NCBI GenBank assembly: GCA_947625115.1
Contig: CANQND010000002.1
Coordinates: 3,692-67,691, forward strand
Reading direction: 5' to 3'
DNA length: 64,000 nucleotides
DNA from: an uncultured Clostridia bacterium
GTDB lineage: Bacteria > Bacillota > Clostridia > Christensenellales > CAG-314
The translations under genes and the position numbers were made by a program. The notes beneath the pieces are model-generated. The model had not been told where the DNA came from, ran no database searches, and worked only from the letters and a program-made list of their open reading frames with translations. Positions 8,634-18,517 of this stretch are shown here, piece by piece. Each line of letters begins with the position of its first letter. Positions within the stretch are counted from its first letter, which is position 1.

Positions 8634-10334
8634 TTATTTCTCCACAAAGTACAGCTTGGCGCGGGTGACAAACAGGTACACGCGCGCGACCGTCAACACA
8701 ACCGCCAACACCAATCCCTTGACGAGGGAGGACGTTGTGCCGCGGTCGGAAAGGAAGTAGTACAAAAAGGCGAACAGTGCCGACAGCAAAAAGCCGATGA
8801 TCGTTGCGTTGCGTTCGTTGGGACTGTCGAACTCCACGCCCACCGTCTGATATTGGTCGGCGAAGTTGTTCATAAGGTCCATTTCCGCGCACCACAGCAG
8901 GTGACTTTCCGCCACCAGCAGAGTTATAAATCCCATTAACACGATTTCCGTTGCGTACGCGGAGGAAACGGTTACTTTTGTCATTACGCCCTCTACAACG
9001 TGGTAGGATTGGGCAAAGTAGTACGTCAACGTAACCGCCACCGTCGAGAGCAAAATTACCGCCGCACGGAACGCTATGCGCCCGAAAAGCGTGTAGATGG
9101 GCTTTTGCGGACGGGTTTTGAGTATGTTGCGCGCCGCGCCCTCGCGGCTGTACACCGAGGCGTAGGTGTTGTTGAACGACAAGGTCATAACCAACATAAC
9201 CAACAAATTGAACGTCTTTGTCATAACCTGTCCCGAATAGTCGGTGTTCATTGCCGCATACAGGCGGTTGAGCAACAATATCGCAATGGCGGGCAGAACA
9301 AGCTGAACAAAGGAACCGATAAGGAACGAACTGCTTCGGCAGTCCATCTGCAACGATTCGAAGAAAGGACTCAACTGTCTGCGATGTACGCGATTGGGCT
9401 TTGACTTGACGTTGCGCTTGTCAAACTCGAACTGCTTGGACGCCATTTTTACAAACAGAGGGCGCGCCGCCACAAAGGAAACGGCAATGAGCGCGACGAC
9501 AACGGCAAACATAACGCCCCAATAGAGGAACGTGTCGCCTTGAATGAGTTGCGCGCGCATACGCAATGTGCCGCCCACTATCATCAAAGTGAGATAGTAG
9601 TAAGGTACAAACACTTTGGCAAACGCATTGATAAAGTCGTCGATACCTTTGTAGATGTAGCCCCACTGCCCCATAATGTTTATGTTGGAGGGAATCGCCT
9701 GAATGAGGAATACCAAACCAACGGTTACCGCGCTTGCCACACCCAACACCAAGACGGCTTGCAACCACTTGAAGTGTCCTACAAATCTGCCCACGTAGTA
9801 GGCGGGAATGGATAGAACCGCGCCGATAGCTACGGGTACAAGCGAGATAAAGATAAAGCAGAACAGCAGCCAAGGATAGTAGTACCACACCGCGCTGTTA
9901 CTGATACCGTAGGCAACAAAAAGCGGCAAAGTTAAACCGACGTTCTTTTTCAGTTCAAAAATGTAGTACAGTATCAACTTGGACATATACACGTTGGTAC
10001 TGCTGACGGGCAGGGTGAGCAACACTCTGTTATCCGCCGTCATATACAGCGTTTTGGTTAGCCCCACCGTGCAGGTTATGACGGACATTAACTGTATGAG
10101 GGTAAAAATTACGTTTACAACCGTGTCGGGTATGTAACCGAAAGGACGGAATACCGACAGCATTTTGCTGACGTAAAACAACAGCCAAAACACAACTATA
10201 ACAACCGCCATTTTTATGACGGTAAGCACCACTTTGATTATCGTGGAACGAACCGAACGTATGAACGACAAATCCAATTTGTCCCGCAGCTGCATAATAA
10301 CCAGCGTTTTGAGATTGCGCAAATACGTTTTCAC
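8634..10334 (-). CDS. polytopic membrane protein, putative ABC-exporter permease partner (566 aa)
   Basis: At least 10 hydrophobic segments. The start overlaps the stop of the upstream ABC-ATPase fusion gene by 4 nt (ATGA at 10331-10334). It resembles the 'putative ABC exporter' permease class; no diagnostic motif was seen. Confidence 0.5.
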   Translation of the reverse strand: MKTYLRNLKTLVIMQLRDKLDLSFIRSVRSTIIKVVLTVIKMAVVIVVFWLLFYVSKMLSVFRPFGYIPDTVVNVIFTLIQLMSVITCTVGLTKTLYMTADNRVLLTLPVSSTNVYMSKLILYYIFELKKNVGLTLPLFVAYGISNSAVWYYYPWLLFCFIFISLVPVAIGAVLSIPAYYVGRFVGHFKWLQAVLVLGVASAVTVGLVFLIQAIPSNINIMGQWGYIYKGIDDFINAFAKVFVPYYYLTLMIVGGTLRMRAQLIQGDTFLYWGVMFAVVVALIAVSFVAARPLFVKMASKQFEFDKRNVKSKPNRVHRRQLSPFFESLQMDCRSSSFLIGSFVQLVLPAIAILLLNRLYAAMNTDYSGQVMTKTFNLLVMLVMTLSFNNTYASVYSREGAARNILKTRPQKPIYTLFGRIAFRAAVILLSTVAVTLTYYFAQSYHVVEGVMTKVTVSSAYATEIVLMGFITLLVAESHLLWCAEMDLMNNFADQYQTVGVEFDSPNERNATIIGFLLSALFAFLYYFLSDRGTTSSLVKGLVLAVVLTVARVYLFVTRAKLYFVEK

Positions 10335-12616
10335 TGCTTTGCCTCCGATTTGCCTTTACGCTGACGGCGTTTTTTGCGAGGTTTTTCCTCGTTGGACTCC
10401 GCGCCCTCTACGGGAACGGGCTGTACGTCGTTGCCGTTGATGACGGACATATAGAACTGTTCCAAACTTTCGCCGTTGCGTTCCATCTGGTGTACGTCCT
10501 TGACGCATTGAATTTGTCCCTTGCGAATAATGGCGATCCTGTCGCAGATACGCTCTACGACGTCGATGATGTGACTGCTGAAAAACACGATATTGCCCGC
10601 TTCGGCATGTTCGCGCATACATTCCTTTACTTGGAAAATGCTGTTGGGATCAAGACCCGTCAACGGCTCGTCCAATATCCACACCTTTGGGTTGTGAATG
10701 AGCGCAGCCATAATGGTTACTTTTTGCTTCATTCCGTGCGAATAGGTGCGAATGGGGTTGTCTATCGCCGATTGCAATTCAAAACGCTCTACCATTTTGT
10801 TGAGGCGTTCTTCGCGATCTTCTTTGCTTACTTCGTACAAATCGGCAATGTAGTTGATGTACTCGCGCGCGGTCAAACGCTCGTAAAGCGCGTAGTGGTC
10901 GGGGACAAAACCAATCTGACGCTTTGCCTGTACGCTTTGCGTAGCCACGTCGTAGCCGCACACTTCTATCGCGCCGTCGGTTATGGTCTGAATACCCACA
11001 ATACTCTTGATGATTGTGGATTTGCCCGCGCCGTTCGGCCCCAAAAAGCCGAATATTTCGCCGCCGCACACTTCGAGATCGGCGTCTTTGACGGCGTACA
11101 CGTCGCTCGTGCCGTAACGCTTGGTAAATTTTTTGAGAATAAGTTTGTTTTCGTTTTCCATATTCATTGGCTCCTCGATACTTCTGCCTGCAAGTTTGCT
11201 TTCCAAAGCAAGTTTATCTACACGTATTTTTTTGTTGCGCTCCACTATATCCAACCAACCCGAAACGGCGTTGTAACCCAATTCGTAGATGAACCACATA
11301 CCGAACGCAAAGCCGTAGTACACAACCAAAAACAGGAATTGGTACAAAGGATAGAACGTAAAGCTGAGATTGCCGATATTGAACGTAAACGTAGCAATAC
11401 GCGTGTTGAGTGCCCATTGTCCCAATTTATCCACGATAAAGTCGCCGTTGAGGTAGAAATAGTCTACGTCGGGATTGTAGTTGGTGAACCAAGCGTTGAC
11501 GATGAGCATTGCCACAAAGTAGATGGAGAACGCCACCATACTGTACTTGAATTCTTTCCAACGCGGACGGCGGAATATCCCCAAACCAACAACGAGCAAC
11601 GGCATATAAAACGCGTGGTAGTGACTCATAAAGAAATTTATCACGCTGTGAGATAATATTCCGTTTTCGCCCGTATCGGGCATTACCAACGCCAAAAACG
11701 CTCCCATAACGTTGATAAAGTAGGTAAAATAGAACAACTTTTTCCACTTGAACGTGAGGCACAACGGCGTGATGTACATAGCCGTGTTGCACAGGTGCAA
11801 CGGCAACGCTGTGACCCAACCCGCCCCGAACAGATCGCCGAAGCGGTGTCCGAAAGAGAAGTTAATCAAGCCCAAGAATGCGTAGTACATCATTGCAAAA
11901 CGCTTTGTGTCGTAGGTTTTATCACGCAACAGCACAAACAGTGTTATGGGAATCACCGCCGCGGGATACAACAACAAGCGGTGATAGAAATTTAGCTCTT
12001 TCGGCTGGAACGCAAGCGGTTTAAGCACCACTTCCATCGCATATCCCGGGAATGCCGCCAATATGCAACCGACAGCCGCAAGCGCGAACCATATCCATTC
12101 CTTTCCGCGCAGGCGTATCTTGTCGAAGTTGGCAACGGTGTACACGACGCAGTAGCCCAAGCCCAGACCCGTTTCAAAACTCAACAGCATTGCGCGCACG
12201 TTGAAAGCCTCGAACGCGCCCGTACCGACGATAGCCAAAATGTGGCTCGGCAACATAACGCTGTTAAAGACGAATATGGGAAGAGCGACGTAAGCTATCA
12301 GCGTGGGGATCGTCTTTACTTTGAAAAAGGACGCAAGCATGACAAGCATTTCCGCGGCATAGGCAAACCACACCTGCAACAGCGCGACAAAGATAAGCCC
12401 CTTTGTTTCAAAACCGTTGGACGGATTGAGGCTGCGCACATACGAAATATTGTCGTTGCCGAGCATATAACGGAAGAAGAACGCCGTTGCAAGTACCAAC
12501 GAGAACGTTTTGAGCGCGATATTAAGTTTTGTAGGCAACTTTTTGTTGAGCAACAACCCCGTAATAACGACGGCGGCAACTCCAAATGCGCCAAAAAGAT
12601 AGTAGATAGCTGTCAT
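10331..12616 (-). CDS. fusion protein: about 480-aa polytopic membrane domain (YwaF/TIGR02206-TMEM164-like) plus C-terminal ABC ATPase
   Basis: ORF-track start 12745, trimmed to ATG 12616 (RBS in caatAGGAGAaaatATG). The membrane part contains 'ALPLHLCNTAMY'; I associate the PLHLC motif with the YwaF/TMEM164 family from memory. The C-terminal domain has Walker A 'GPNGAGKST', signature-like 'YSHGMKQK' and Walker B 'VWILDEPLTGLD'. Confidence 0.7.
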   Translation of the reverse strand: MTAIYYLFGAFGVAAVVITGLLLNKKLPTKLNIALKTFSLVLATAFFFRYMLGNDNISYVRSLNPSNGFETKGLIFVALLQVWFAYAAEMLVMLASFFKVKTIPTLIAYVALPIFVFNSVMLPSHILAIVGTGAFEAFNVRAMLLSFETGLGLGYCVVYTVANFDKIRLRGKEWIWFALAAVGCILAAFPGYAMEVVLKPLAFQPKELNFYHRLLLYPAAVIPITLFVLLRDKTYDTKRFAMMYYAFLGLINFSFGHRFGDLFGAGWVTALPLHLCNTAMYITPLCLTFKWKKLFYFTYFINVMGAFLALVMPDTGENGILSHSVINFFMSHYHAFYMPLLVVGLGIFRRPRWKEFKYSMVAFSIYFVAMLIVNAWFTNYNPDVDYFYLNGDFIVDKLGQWALNTRIATFTFNIGNLSFTFYPLYQFLFLVVYYGFAFGMWFIYELGYNAVSGWLDIVERNKKIRVDKLALESKLAGRSIEEPMNMENENKLILKKFTKRYGTSDVYAVKDADLEVCGGEIFGFLGPNGAGKSTIIKSIVGIQTITDGAIEVCGYDVATQSVQAKRQIGFVPDHYALYERLTAREYINYIADLYEVSKEDREERLNKMVERFELQSAIDNPIRTYSHGMKQKVTIMAALIHNPKVWILDEPLTGLDPNSIFQVKECMREHAEAGNIVFFSSHIIDVVERICDRIAIIRKGQIQCVKDVHQMERNGESLEQFYMSVINGNDVQPVPVEGAESNEEKPRKKRRQRKGKSEAKQ

Positions 12617-12797
12617 ATTTTCTCCTATTGTAAAAACCGCAACAAAAAAATCCGCCCTTTTACAGCATATATTGTGAGTAAAAAACGGATTTATTTTCGC
12701 CGACTTACCGTCGGATAACATAAATTGCGCCTGTATTCGCCGCAAAAAATTACAGCAAAAAAGCGCGTCGGTTATCCGATCGCGGCATATTCAGTTG

Positions 12798-13253
12798 TCA
12801 GGATAAAAATTTTACTTTTTGTCTGTAAGCAACGGCTCCGAAAAACGCCGCTGAACTCTGCGCATTGCCGCTGCGCACAAATCTGCCGTCGGTACGCACA
12901 ATGCACGCGCACACCTTGCGATATGCGTACACGTACACAGCCCACAAGGCTACGCAACCCAAAATCACCGAAAGTATGCTGAAAATATGTTGGTAAACAA
13001 AGCCGAAAATCGACACGGCGTTTTCGTTAGCCAACAAATACATACCCTCCTGCAACACGTTCAACGATTGCAAGGAAAAATCTATGTGACGAACCGACGT
13101 TTTGAGCCAAAAACTGAGCAGGGCAAAAGCGCAGAACACAACAAAAAACCTAACGATATTCCCTACCGTTTTGCCGAAGTTTTTCATATGAGTTCTCATA
13201 GAAACCGTACGTTCGTTCTCGATAACGCGAGAACCGTACAAAAAGTTCTGCAT
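12798..13253 (-). CDS. small membrane protein (151 aa or shorter), hypothetical
   Basis: Two hydrophobic helices ('IVRFFVVFCAFALLSFWL', 'IFSILSVILGCVALWAVYVYAY'). A consensus promoter lies upstream. The true start may be an internal Met (MRTHMKNF). Confidence 0.4.
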   Translation of the reverse strand: MQNFLYGSRVIENERTVSMRTHMKNFGKTVGNIVRFFVVFCAFALLSFWLKTSVRHIDFSLQSLNVLQEGMYLLANENAVSIFGFVYQHIFSILSVILGCVALWAVYVYAYRKVCACIVRTDGRFVRSGNAQSSAAFFGAVAYRQKVKFLS

Positions 13254-13318
13254 TTTCTGTCCCTTTTGGCAATTTCGTGCAATTTTGAAACTGCTTCGAC
13301 GATTTTTAAGGTAATTTT

Positions 13319-13346
13319 ATTATATCCCATTTGAACAAATTGTCAA
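13319..13346 (-). promoter_or_regulatory. sigma-A type promoter for the 12798..13253 gene
   Basis: Minus strand: TTGACA (13341-13346), 16-nt spacer, TATAAT (13319-13324). Confidence 0.5.
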
Positions 13347-13503
13347 CGATTTCGACCGCGCGTAGACAATTTATACGCGAACAAATCGACTTTTTTTATG
13401 CAATTGCGACAAAATATAACAAAACATTGTAAATTAGATATAATTTTTATCCTTTTTCGCCGCGGTTACGAAAAAGGGGCGCATTTACGTCCCTCAACCG
13501 AAT

Positions 13504-14253
13504 TTATATTTCCGTGCGCAATTTTCCGCGCTCGAAATAGCACAAAACCGCGCCGTCGGGAAGAGCTTCCCTCACGCGAGGGAACTCGTCCAACTGTTCT
13601 TCGCGGTGCGCGTCGCTGTTGACGCACAGATACTTGCCGCCGAATGACAGATATTTTGCAACGGCTTGCAACGTCGGCATTGTAAACTCGCAGTTGCGCA
13701 ACGAAGAGGTGTTTACCTCAGGCACGACTCCGCGACGGACTGCGCGGCGCAAAGTTTCGCATACGTAATCGAAATCTTCGACGTAATCGCCGTGCCACTT
13801 GCGCAAAACGTCCACGTGTCCCAACACGTCGAAATCGCCGTTTTCCACCATTTCGCGAACGCAACGATCGTAGGCGCGCTCGTATTGGCGGCGATCGGCT
13901 ATCCCGTCCAAAACGGTTGCGTCGTGTACGGAGCCGATGATCATATCGGGGCGGAGAGATCGCAAAAACGCCGTTTCGCGCGGGTGCAGGTGCGGCTCGC
14001 CCATTTCGTAACCCTGCAACAGCTTGACTTTGCCCTCAAATTGCTTTTTGACGCGCTCGAACTCTTTGAGGCGCGCCTCGAACGGAAAGGAAGCAAATGT
14101 GTTGCGGTAAGCGTTGACGTCTATGTGATCGGTAAAACACACCGCGTCCAAGCCAAGCTCCACGGCGCGCAAAGCGTACCGCTCCATCGAGGCAACGCTG
14201 TCGAAACTGTATTCGGTGTGAACGTGCAAATCGCATTTGAGAAGTTTATTCAT
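13504..14253 (-). CDS. PHP-family histidinol-phosphatase-like hydrolase
   Basis: ORF 13504..14292, trimmed to ATG 14253 (MNKLLKCDLHVHTEYSFDS). PHP motifs 'DLHVHT', 'FTDHID', 'GSVHD', 'LGHVD', 'NSDAH'. Confidence 0.8.
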   Translation of the reverse strand: MNKLLKCDLHVHTEYSFDSVASMERYALRAVELGLDAVCFTDHIDVNAYRNTFASFPFEARLKEFERVKKQFEGKVKLLQGYEMGEPHLHPRETAFLRSLRPDMIIGSVHDATVLDGIADRRQYERAYDRCVREMVENGDFDVLGHVDVLRKWHGDYVEDFDYVCETLRRAVRRGVVPEVNTSSLRNCEFTMPTLQAVAKYLSFGGKYLCVNSDAHREEQLDEFPRVREALPDGAVLCYFERGKLRTEI

Positions 14254-14304
14254 ATATAAATTATATATCTTTGACCTCTTTTTGTAAAGCAAAACGCGCT
14301 TTGC

Positions 14305-15198
14305 CTACTTGTAAAGCGCGTCCAAGCCCGTACCTTGCAATCTTTGTCTGTCGCGAACGACCGTGTTGAGCAAACGTCGGGGCAAATCGAGATTTTGTTG
14401 CACGATATGCGACAGCTCGCCGTAAGGAAAAGGGTGATCGAATTTGTCGTTGCCCACTTCTATCGTAAAGGCGGGGATTTTCAGCTTTTCGATACACCAA
14501 TCCTTGTAGCCGCCGACGCTTCCGTTCAGGGTAACAAGCGGATAGCCCGTGTATTTGGATATAGCCTCGGCGTAACGCTTGTCGCGGAAACGCCTGTGCG
14601 AGGTCTGCCCGAACTCCCAATAGATTTCTTCGCCTTTGAGGTGGTAACTAAGCGTAACGACGGGCTTGATACGTTCGGTAAAATCGCGCAACGCTCGCGT
14701 TTCCGCCGCGGAAAAAGGTTCTTTGCCCACGTAGTTGCAAGAGGAACGATAGTAGCCGTTTTGCGCGCCCTCGCCCCAATGCGCGTCGAAATTGACGTTG
14801 AGGTCCACGCCGTCGGCGTTGGCTTTCCACAAAGTGAAGTCGCTGCCGCCGTTTATACGCAAAAGATTGCTTTTGCGCTCTTTGTCGGCGACAAAACCTA
14901 CGCCCTCCTGACAAAGCCGTACGCCGTCGGGATTGGTCATCGGGACAAAGTAAATACCGCCGTCGATGGGCAGATCGGCATTTTTGACGAGATGTTTGGC
15001 AAGGCACACAACCACCAACGCCGTGAGATGTTCTCTTGCGTGCATTGCGCCCTGCACGATCATATAGTTTCCGTTTTTGTTGCCCACGAACACGTAGGGT
15101 ATACGCTGTTTCAATTCGCTTTCGCCCACCACGCCCGTTTCCACGCCGTGACGGCAAAACATATCCACTTCTTTGAGTAAATCTTCGTAACCGAACAT
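14305..15198 (-). CDS. M14-family zinc carboxypeptidase (gamma-D-glutamyl-meso-DAP peptidase-like)
   Basis: 'GAMHAREHLT' is the HxxE zinc motif. 'PMTNPDGV' is also present. The start was chosen at ATG 15198 (MFGYEDLL); the upstream start at 15279 cannot be excluded. Confidence 0.75.
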   Translation of the reverse strand: MFGYEDLLKEVDMFCRHGVETGVVGESELKQRIPYVFVGNKNGNYMIVQGAMHAREHLTALVVVCLAKHLVKNADLPIDGGIYFVPMTNPDGVRLCQEGVGFVADKERKSNLLRINGGSDFTLWKANADGVDLNVNFDAHWGEGAQNGYYRSSCNYVGKEPFSAAETRALRDFTERIKPVVTLSYHLKGEEIYWEFGQTSHRRFRDKRYAEAISKYTGYPLVTLNGSVGGYKDWCIEKLKIPAFTIEVGNDKFDHPFPYGELSHIVQQNLDLPRRLLNTVVRDRQRLQGTGLDALYK

Positions 15199-15292
15199 AC
15201 ACTGCCCCTTTGTCGCTTTCTTAGTATATTCGTCGAAAATCGAAGAAGTGTTTGCATTAAAGAAAAAAGCCGATTTCAAATCGACTTTTTGT

Positions 15293-16573
15293 TCAATTCG
15301 TCAAAAGTTTCAACCAGACCGTTCGGGAACCGTCCGTTACGCGCAATTTCTCGGAAATTTCCACCCCCACTATCGCAAAAACCTCGTTGCCGCAGGCAAT
15401 AAGCAACAAATTGTCGCGCTTGCGGGCGGAAATTTTTTTGTCGATGAGATACCTGTTGAGCGGTTTTGTGCCGCCGCCGAACTTGGTAAACACATCTCCC
15501 TCGCGCCGAGTGCGAAACACCGCGCCGTCGGGGATCTTGCTGGGGTCTGCCCGCAGGCTGTCGGGCAAATACGTTTCGGAAACGGAAACCGTCCCGAGAG
15601 GCGTTGCCACGTTGCCCTCGGAGAAAGGGATTTCAAAGCGGTAAACGGGCGTTTGCCGCGACGGACACAGCGTAACGCAACCGTAGTCGTTGTAGGCGAC
15701 AAATCCGAAAGGCAGGTTTACCATTTTTCCGCCGACGTTTTGGGCGAGGTTGAAAATGGCGCGGATATGCTTTTGTTCGACGTCGCAATGAACGCCTAAA
15801 CGTTTGAACACCTTGTCCAACAAACGGTAGTCGCATTCGCATAGCAACTCTACGGGGATATGCGCCCCATCGCCGTCGAAAACTATTTGTTTGAATTTTT
15901 CCGTCGCCTGCAAGTCCAACCGTGCGTCGTCGTCGGCTATATTTTGAGCAAAGCGCAAGATATTTTGCTTTACCGCGGGATTGAGTTGTTGAAGCAACGG
16001 CATAACTTTATGTCGGATAAAATTGCGCGTGTAGCGAGTGTCGGCGTTGGTGACGTCCTCCACGTGGGGTACGCCGTGTTCTTCGGCATATTTTTCTATA
16101 TCCGCGCGAGTCCAATCCAACAGCGGACGGAGATATTTGCCGCTTTCGCGCTTCATTCCCGTCGCGCCCTTTGCGCCGCTGCCGCGAATGATATGCATAA
16201 GCACCGTTTCGGCATTGTCGTCGGCGTTGTGAGCCAAGCAAACGAAGTCGCAATCGAGATTGTCGAACACGCGATAACGCAAAATGCGCGCCGCAGTTTC
16301 GGTGGAGAACTTTTGCTCGGCGGCATAGGACGGCACGTCCACGCGGTAAACGAAACATTCAACGCCCAATTCGCGACAGTAGTCCGCAACAAAATCGCAG
16401 TCGCTCTGCGCCTCGGGGCGTATTCCGTGATTGACTGTAACGGCAAAAATATTGCGTAACTCCTTTTTATTTGCCAACACGTGCAACATCACCATACTGT
16501 CGATTCCGCCCGATACGGCGATTGCGTAACGGCGGTTGTCGGTATGCTGTTCGAGGTTGTGTTCCGATGTCAT
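15293..16573 (-). CDS. tilS: tRNA(Ile)-lysidine synthase
   Basis: PP-loop 'AVSGGIDSMVML'. 'LAHNADDNAETVLM' is also present. 426 aa. ATGA overlap with the upstream rsmA stop. Confidence 0.9.
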   Translation of the reverse strand: MTSEHNLEQHTDNRRYAIAVSGGIDSMVMLHVLANKKELRNIFAVTVNHGIRPEAQSDCDFVADYCRELGVECFVYRVDVPSYAAEQKFSTETAARILRYRVFDNLDCDFVCLAHNADDNAETVLMHIIRGSGAKGATGMKRESGKYLRPLLDWTRADIEKYAEEHGVPHVEDVTNADTRYTRNFIRHKVMPLLQQLNPAVKQNILRFAQNIADDDARLDLQATEKFKQIVFDGDGAHIPVELLCECDYRLLDKVFKRLGVHCDVEQKHIRAIFNLAQNVGGKMVNLPFGFVAYNDYGCVTLCPSRQTPVYRFEIPFSEGNVATPLGTVSVSETYLPDSLRADPSKIPDGAVFRTRREGDVFTKFGGGTKPLNRYLIDKKISARKRDNLLLIACGNEVFAIVGVEISEKLRVTDGSRTVWLKLLTN

Positions 16574-17397
16574 TTAAGTTCCTCTTTGAGAATTTTGTAC
16601 ATTGCGACGAACTGCTCCACCGACAATTCTTCGCCGCGGCAATTTGCGGAGAAACCGCATTTTTCAATTATTGCCGCCGATTGCTCCTTGCTTATGCCAA
16701 AGCCGTTTGCCAGACAGTTTGCCAACGTCTTGCGGCGCATAGAAAACGCCGAACGTACGGTTTTGCGAAACAGATCTCTGTCGGCAACGTCAAATTTATC
16801 TTTGAAATCGAGCGTTACCACCGCGCTGTCCACATTGGGCTTGGGGTAAAACAGCTCGCGACCGAGTACGCGCGTAAGCGTAACGTCGGCAACGGACTGC
16901 ACCGCCACCGACAACGCGCCGTAATCTTTGGTGCGGGGCGAAGCGGACAAACGCCGAGCCACCTCGTACTGCACGGTGAGAGTCAAAGAACGCGCGCAGT
17001 TGGTTTCCTCCACAAAACGCGTGATAAACGGGCTTGTTATGTAGTAGGGAATGTTGGCTACAACGCGATAGCTTTCGCCGCACAATTCCTCTATGCGGCT
17101 CATCGGGTACTTCATTATATCGCCGATAACAAGTTGCACGTTGTGGCAGTCGGCAAGAGTAATTTGCAAAATATCGCGGAGATTTTTGTCTATTTCAAAG
17201 GTTACCACCTTGTCGGCGTGACGCGACAGTACGCGAGTAAGAGTGCCTGCTCCCGCGCCCACTTCCAAAACCGCGCCGCCGTTTACGCCCGCGTCTTGGC
17301 AAATATCTTCCAAAATAGATTCGTCCGTCAAGAAGTTCTGCCCGAACTGCTTGTTGAAACGAAAACCTCTTTCGTCAAGTAACCGTTTTATTTCCAT
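16570..17397 (-). CDS. rsmA: 16S rRNA (adenine1518/1519-N6)-dimethyltransferase
   Basis: 'FNKQFGQNFL', SAM motif 'VLEVGAGAGTLT' and 'VANIPYYITSP'. Confidence 0.92.
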   Translation of the reverse strand: MEIKRLLDERGFRFNKQFGQNFLTDESILEDICQDAGVNGGAVLEVGAGAGTLTRVLSRHADKVVTFEIDKNLRDILQITLADCHNVQLVIGDIMKYPMSRIEELCGESYRVVANIPYYITSPFITRFVEETNCARSLTLTVQYEVARRLSASPRTKDYGALSVAVQSVADVTLTRVLGRELFYPKPNVDSAVVTLDFKDKFDVADRDLFRKTVRSAFSMRRKTLANCLANGFGISKEQSAAIIEKCGFSANCRGEELSVEQFVAMYKILKEELK

Positions 17398-17692
17398 ACT
17401 CTGTCAAAAGCTATCCTGTCTGTTGAAATTTTTTGCGCGCCGTCTGCGCCGTCGCAGTTGACCTAACGTAATCATTTTACCACATAAACTTGCAAAAGTA
17501 CACCGTTGACAATGTTTTTGCCGCACGAAACGCCGACAAAAAACCGTCCGTAAAAACGGGACACCGTTGTCGCAGTACGCCCCAAGCAAGAACAATAAAA
17601 ATCTTTTTATATCGCCTGCCCGTCCGCTACCGTCGTTCGCCTTACATTGTGGCGCGCGGTAAACCGAGTTACTGTATATACAGTAAAAAGGG

Positions 17693-17731
17693 TAGAAAAA
17701 AGGATCTTACTGTATAGGGTAGGATCCTTTT
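17693..17731 (-). terminator. rho-independent terminator of rpsF-ssb-rpsR
   Basis: Minus strand: stem AAAAGGATC / GATCCTTTT with a 16-nt loop, followed by a T-run (complement of the A-run at 17694-17700). About 95 nt after the rpsR stop. Confidence 0.65.
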
Positions 17732-17822
17732 CTCAATCGATGTTGTTTGTAAAGATATATAAGCTCGGCAAAAAGATTCAGTTAAAATCTTTCGTTAAAC
17801 AAATATCTTTACGGCGTTGAAC

Positions 17823-18068
17823 TTAGTCGGCTACGTACGGAATCAAAGCCATTTGACGCGCGCGTTTGATAGCCACTGCAAGCTCTCTTTGGTGGTGAGC
17901 GCAAACGCCCGTCATACGGCGAGGCAAAATTTTGCCGCTTTCCGCCATATACTTTTTGAGCTTGGCGACATCTTTGTAGTCGATGTACTCGGTTTTGTCA
18001 ACGCAGAAGTTGCAAACCTTGCGGCGTGCTGGACTTCTCATAGGTCTTTTTACTTCTTTATTTTCCAT
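17823..18068 (-). CDS. rpsR: 30S ribosomal protein S18
   Basis: 81 aa. '...[60 protein letters not shown]'. Confidence 0.97.
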   Translation of the reverse strand: MENKEVKRPMRSPARRKVCNFCVDKTEYIDYKDVAKLKKYMAESGKILPRRMTGVCAHHQRELAVAIKRARQMALIPYVAD

Positions 18069-18086
18069 TTTTGTTTCTCCTTACAA

Positions 18087-18497
18087 TCAGAAAGGCATAT
18101 CGTCGTCATCTACAACTTTGAGGCTGTCGATAACTTGATCTCTGCCGGCAGGCTGTGCGCCCGCGTTTTGTTGAGCGGAGCCGTTGGCTCTGGACAGGAA
18201 TTCCACTTGATCCGCGCGTACGTCAAACGTTTGACGTCTTACGCCGTCACGCTCGTAACTGCCCGTTTGAATACTTCCCGTAACAGCAACCTGACTTCCC
18301 TTTACCAAATACTTTACGCAGTTAGCCGCCAAGGCGTCCCACGTGATTATGTTGATAAAGTCGGCTCTGTTGTCGCCGTCGCGAGAATAGTTGCGATTGA
18401 CGGCAATAGAAAAACGGCAATAGGTGTGTCCGCTTTCGGTGGGAGTAGATGACTGAGGGTCTTGTGTTAATCTTCCGATCAAAAATACTTTGTTCAT
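18087..18497 (-). CDS. ssb: single-stranded DNA-binding protein
   Basis: 'MNKVFLIGRLTQDPQ' is an OB-fold N-terminus. There is a Gly/Gln-rich linker and an acidic tail 'DDDDMPF'. The gene lies between rpsF and rpsR. Confidence 0.95.
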   Translation of the reverse strand: MNKVFLIGRLTQDPQSSTPTESGHTYCRFSIAVNRNYSRDGDNRADFINIITWDALAANCVKYLVKGSQVAVTGSIQTGSYERDGVRRQTFDVRADQVEFLSRANGSAQQNAGAQPAGRDQVIDSLKVVDDDDMPF

Positions 18498-18517
18498 GTG
18501 TAACTCCTATGGCTGAA

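Noticed and set aside
17668-17686. LexA/SOS box (TACTGTATATACAGTA resembles the E. coli CTGT-N8-ACAG box).
   Set aside because: The spacing here is CTGT-N4-ACAG, not N8. Firmicutes LexA (DinR) boxes follow the CGAAC-N4-GTTCG pattern. No SOS gene is adjacent.
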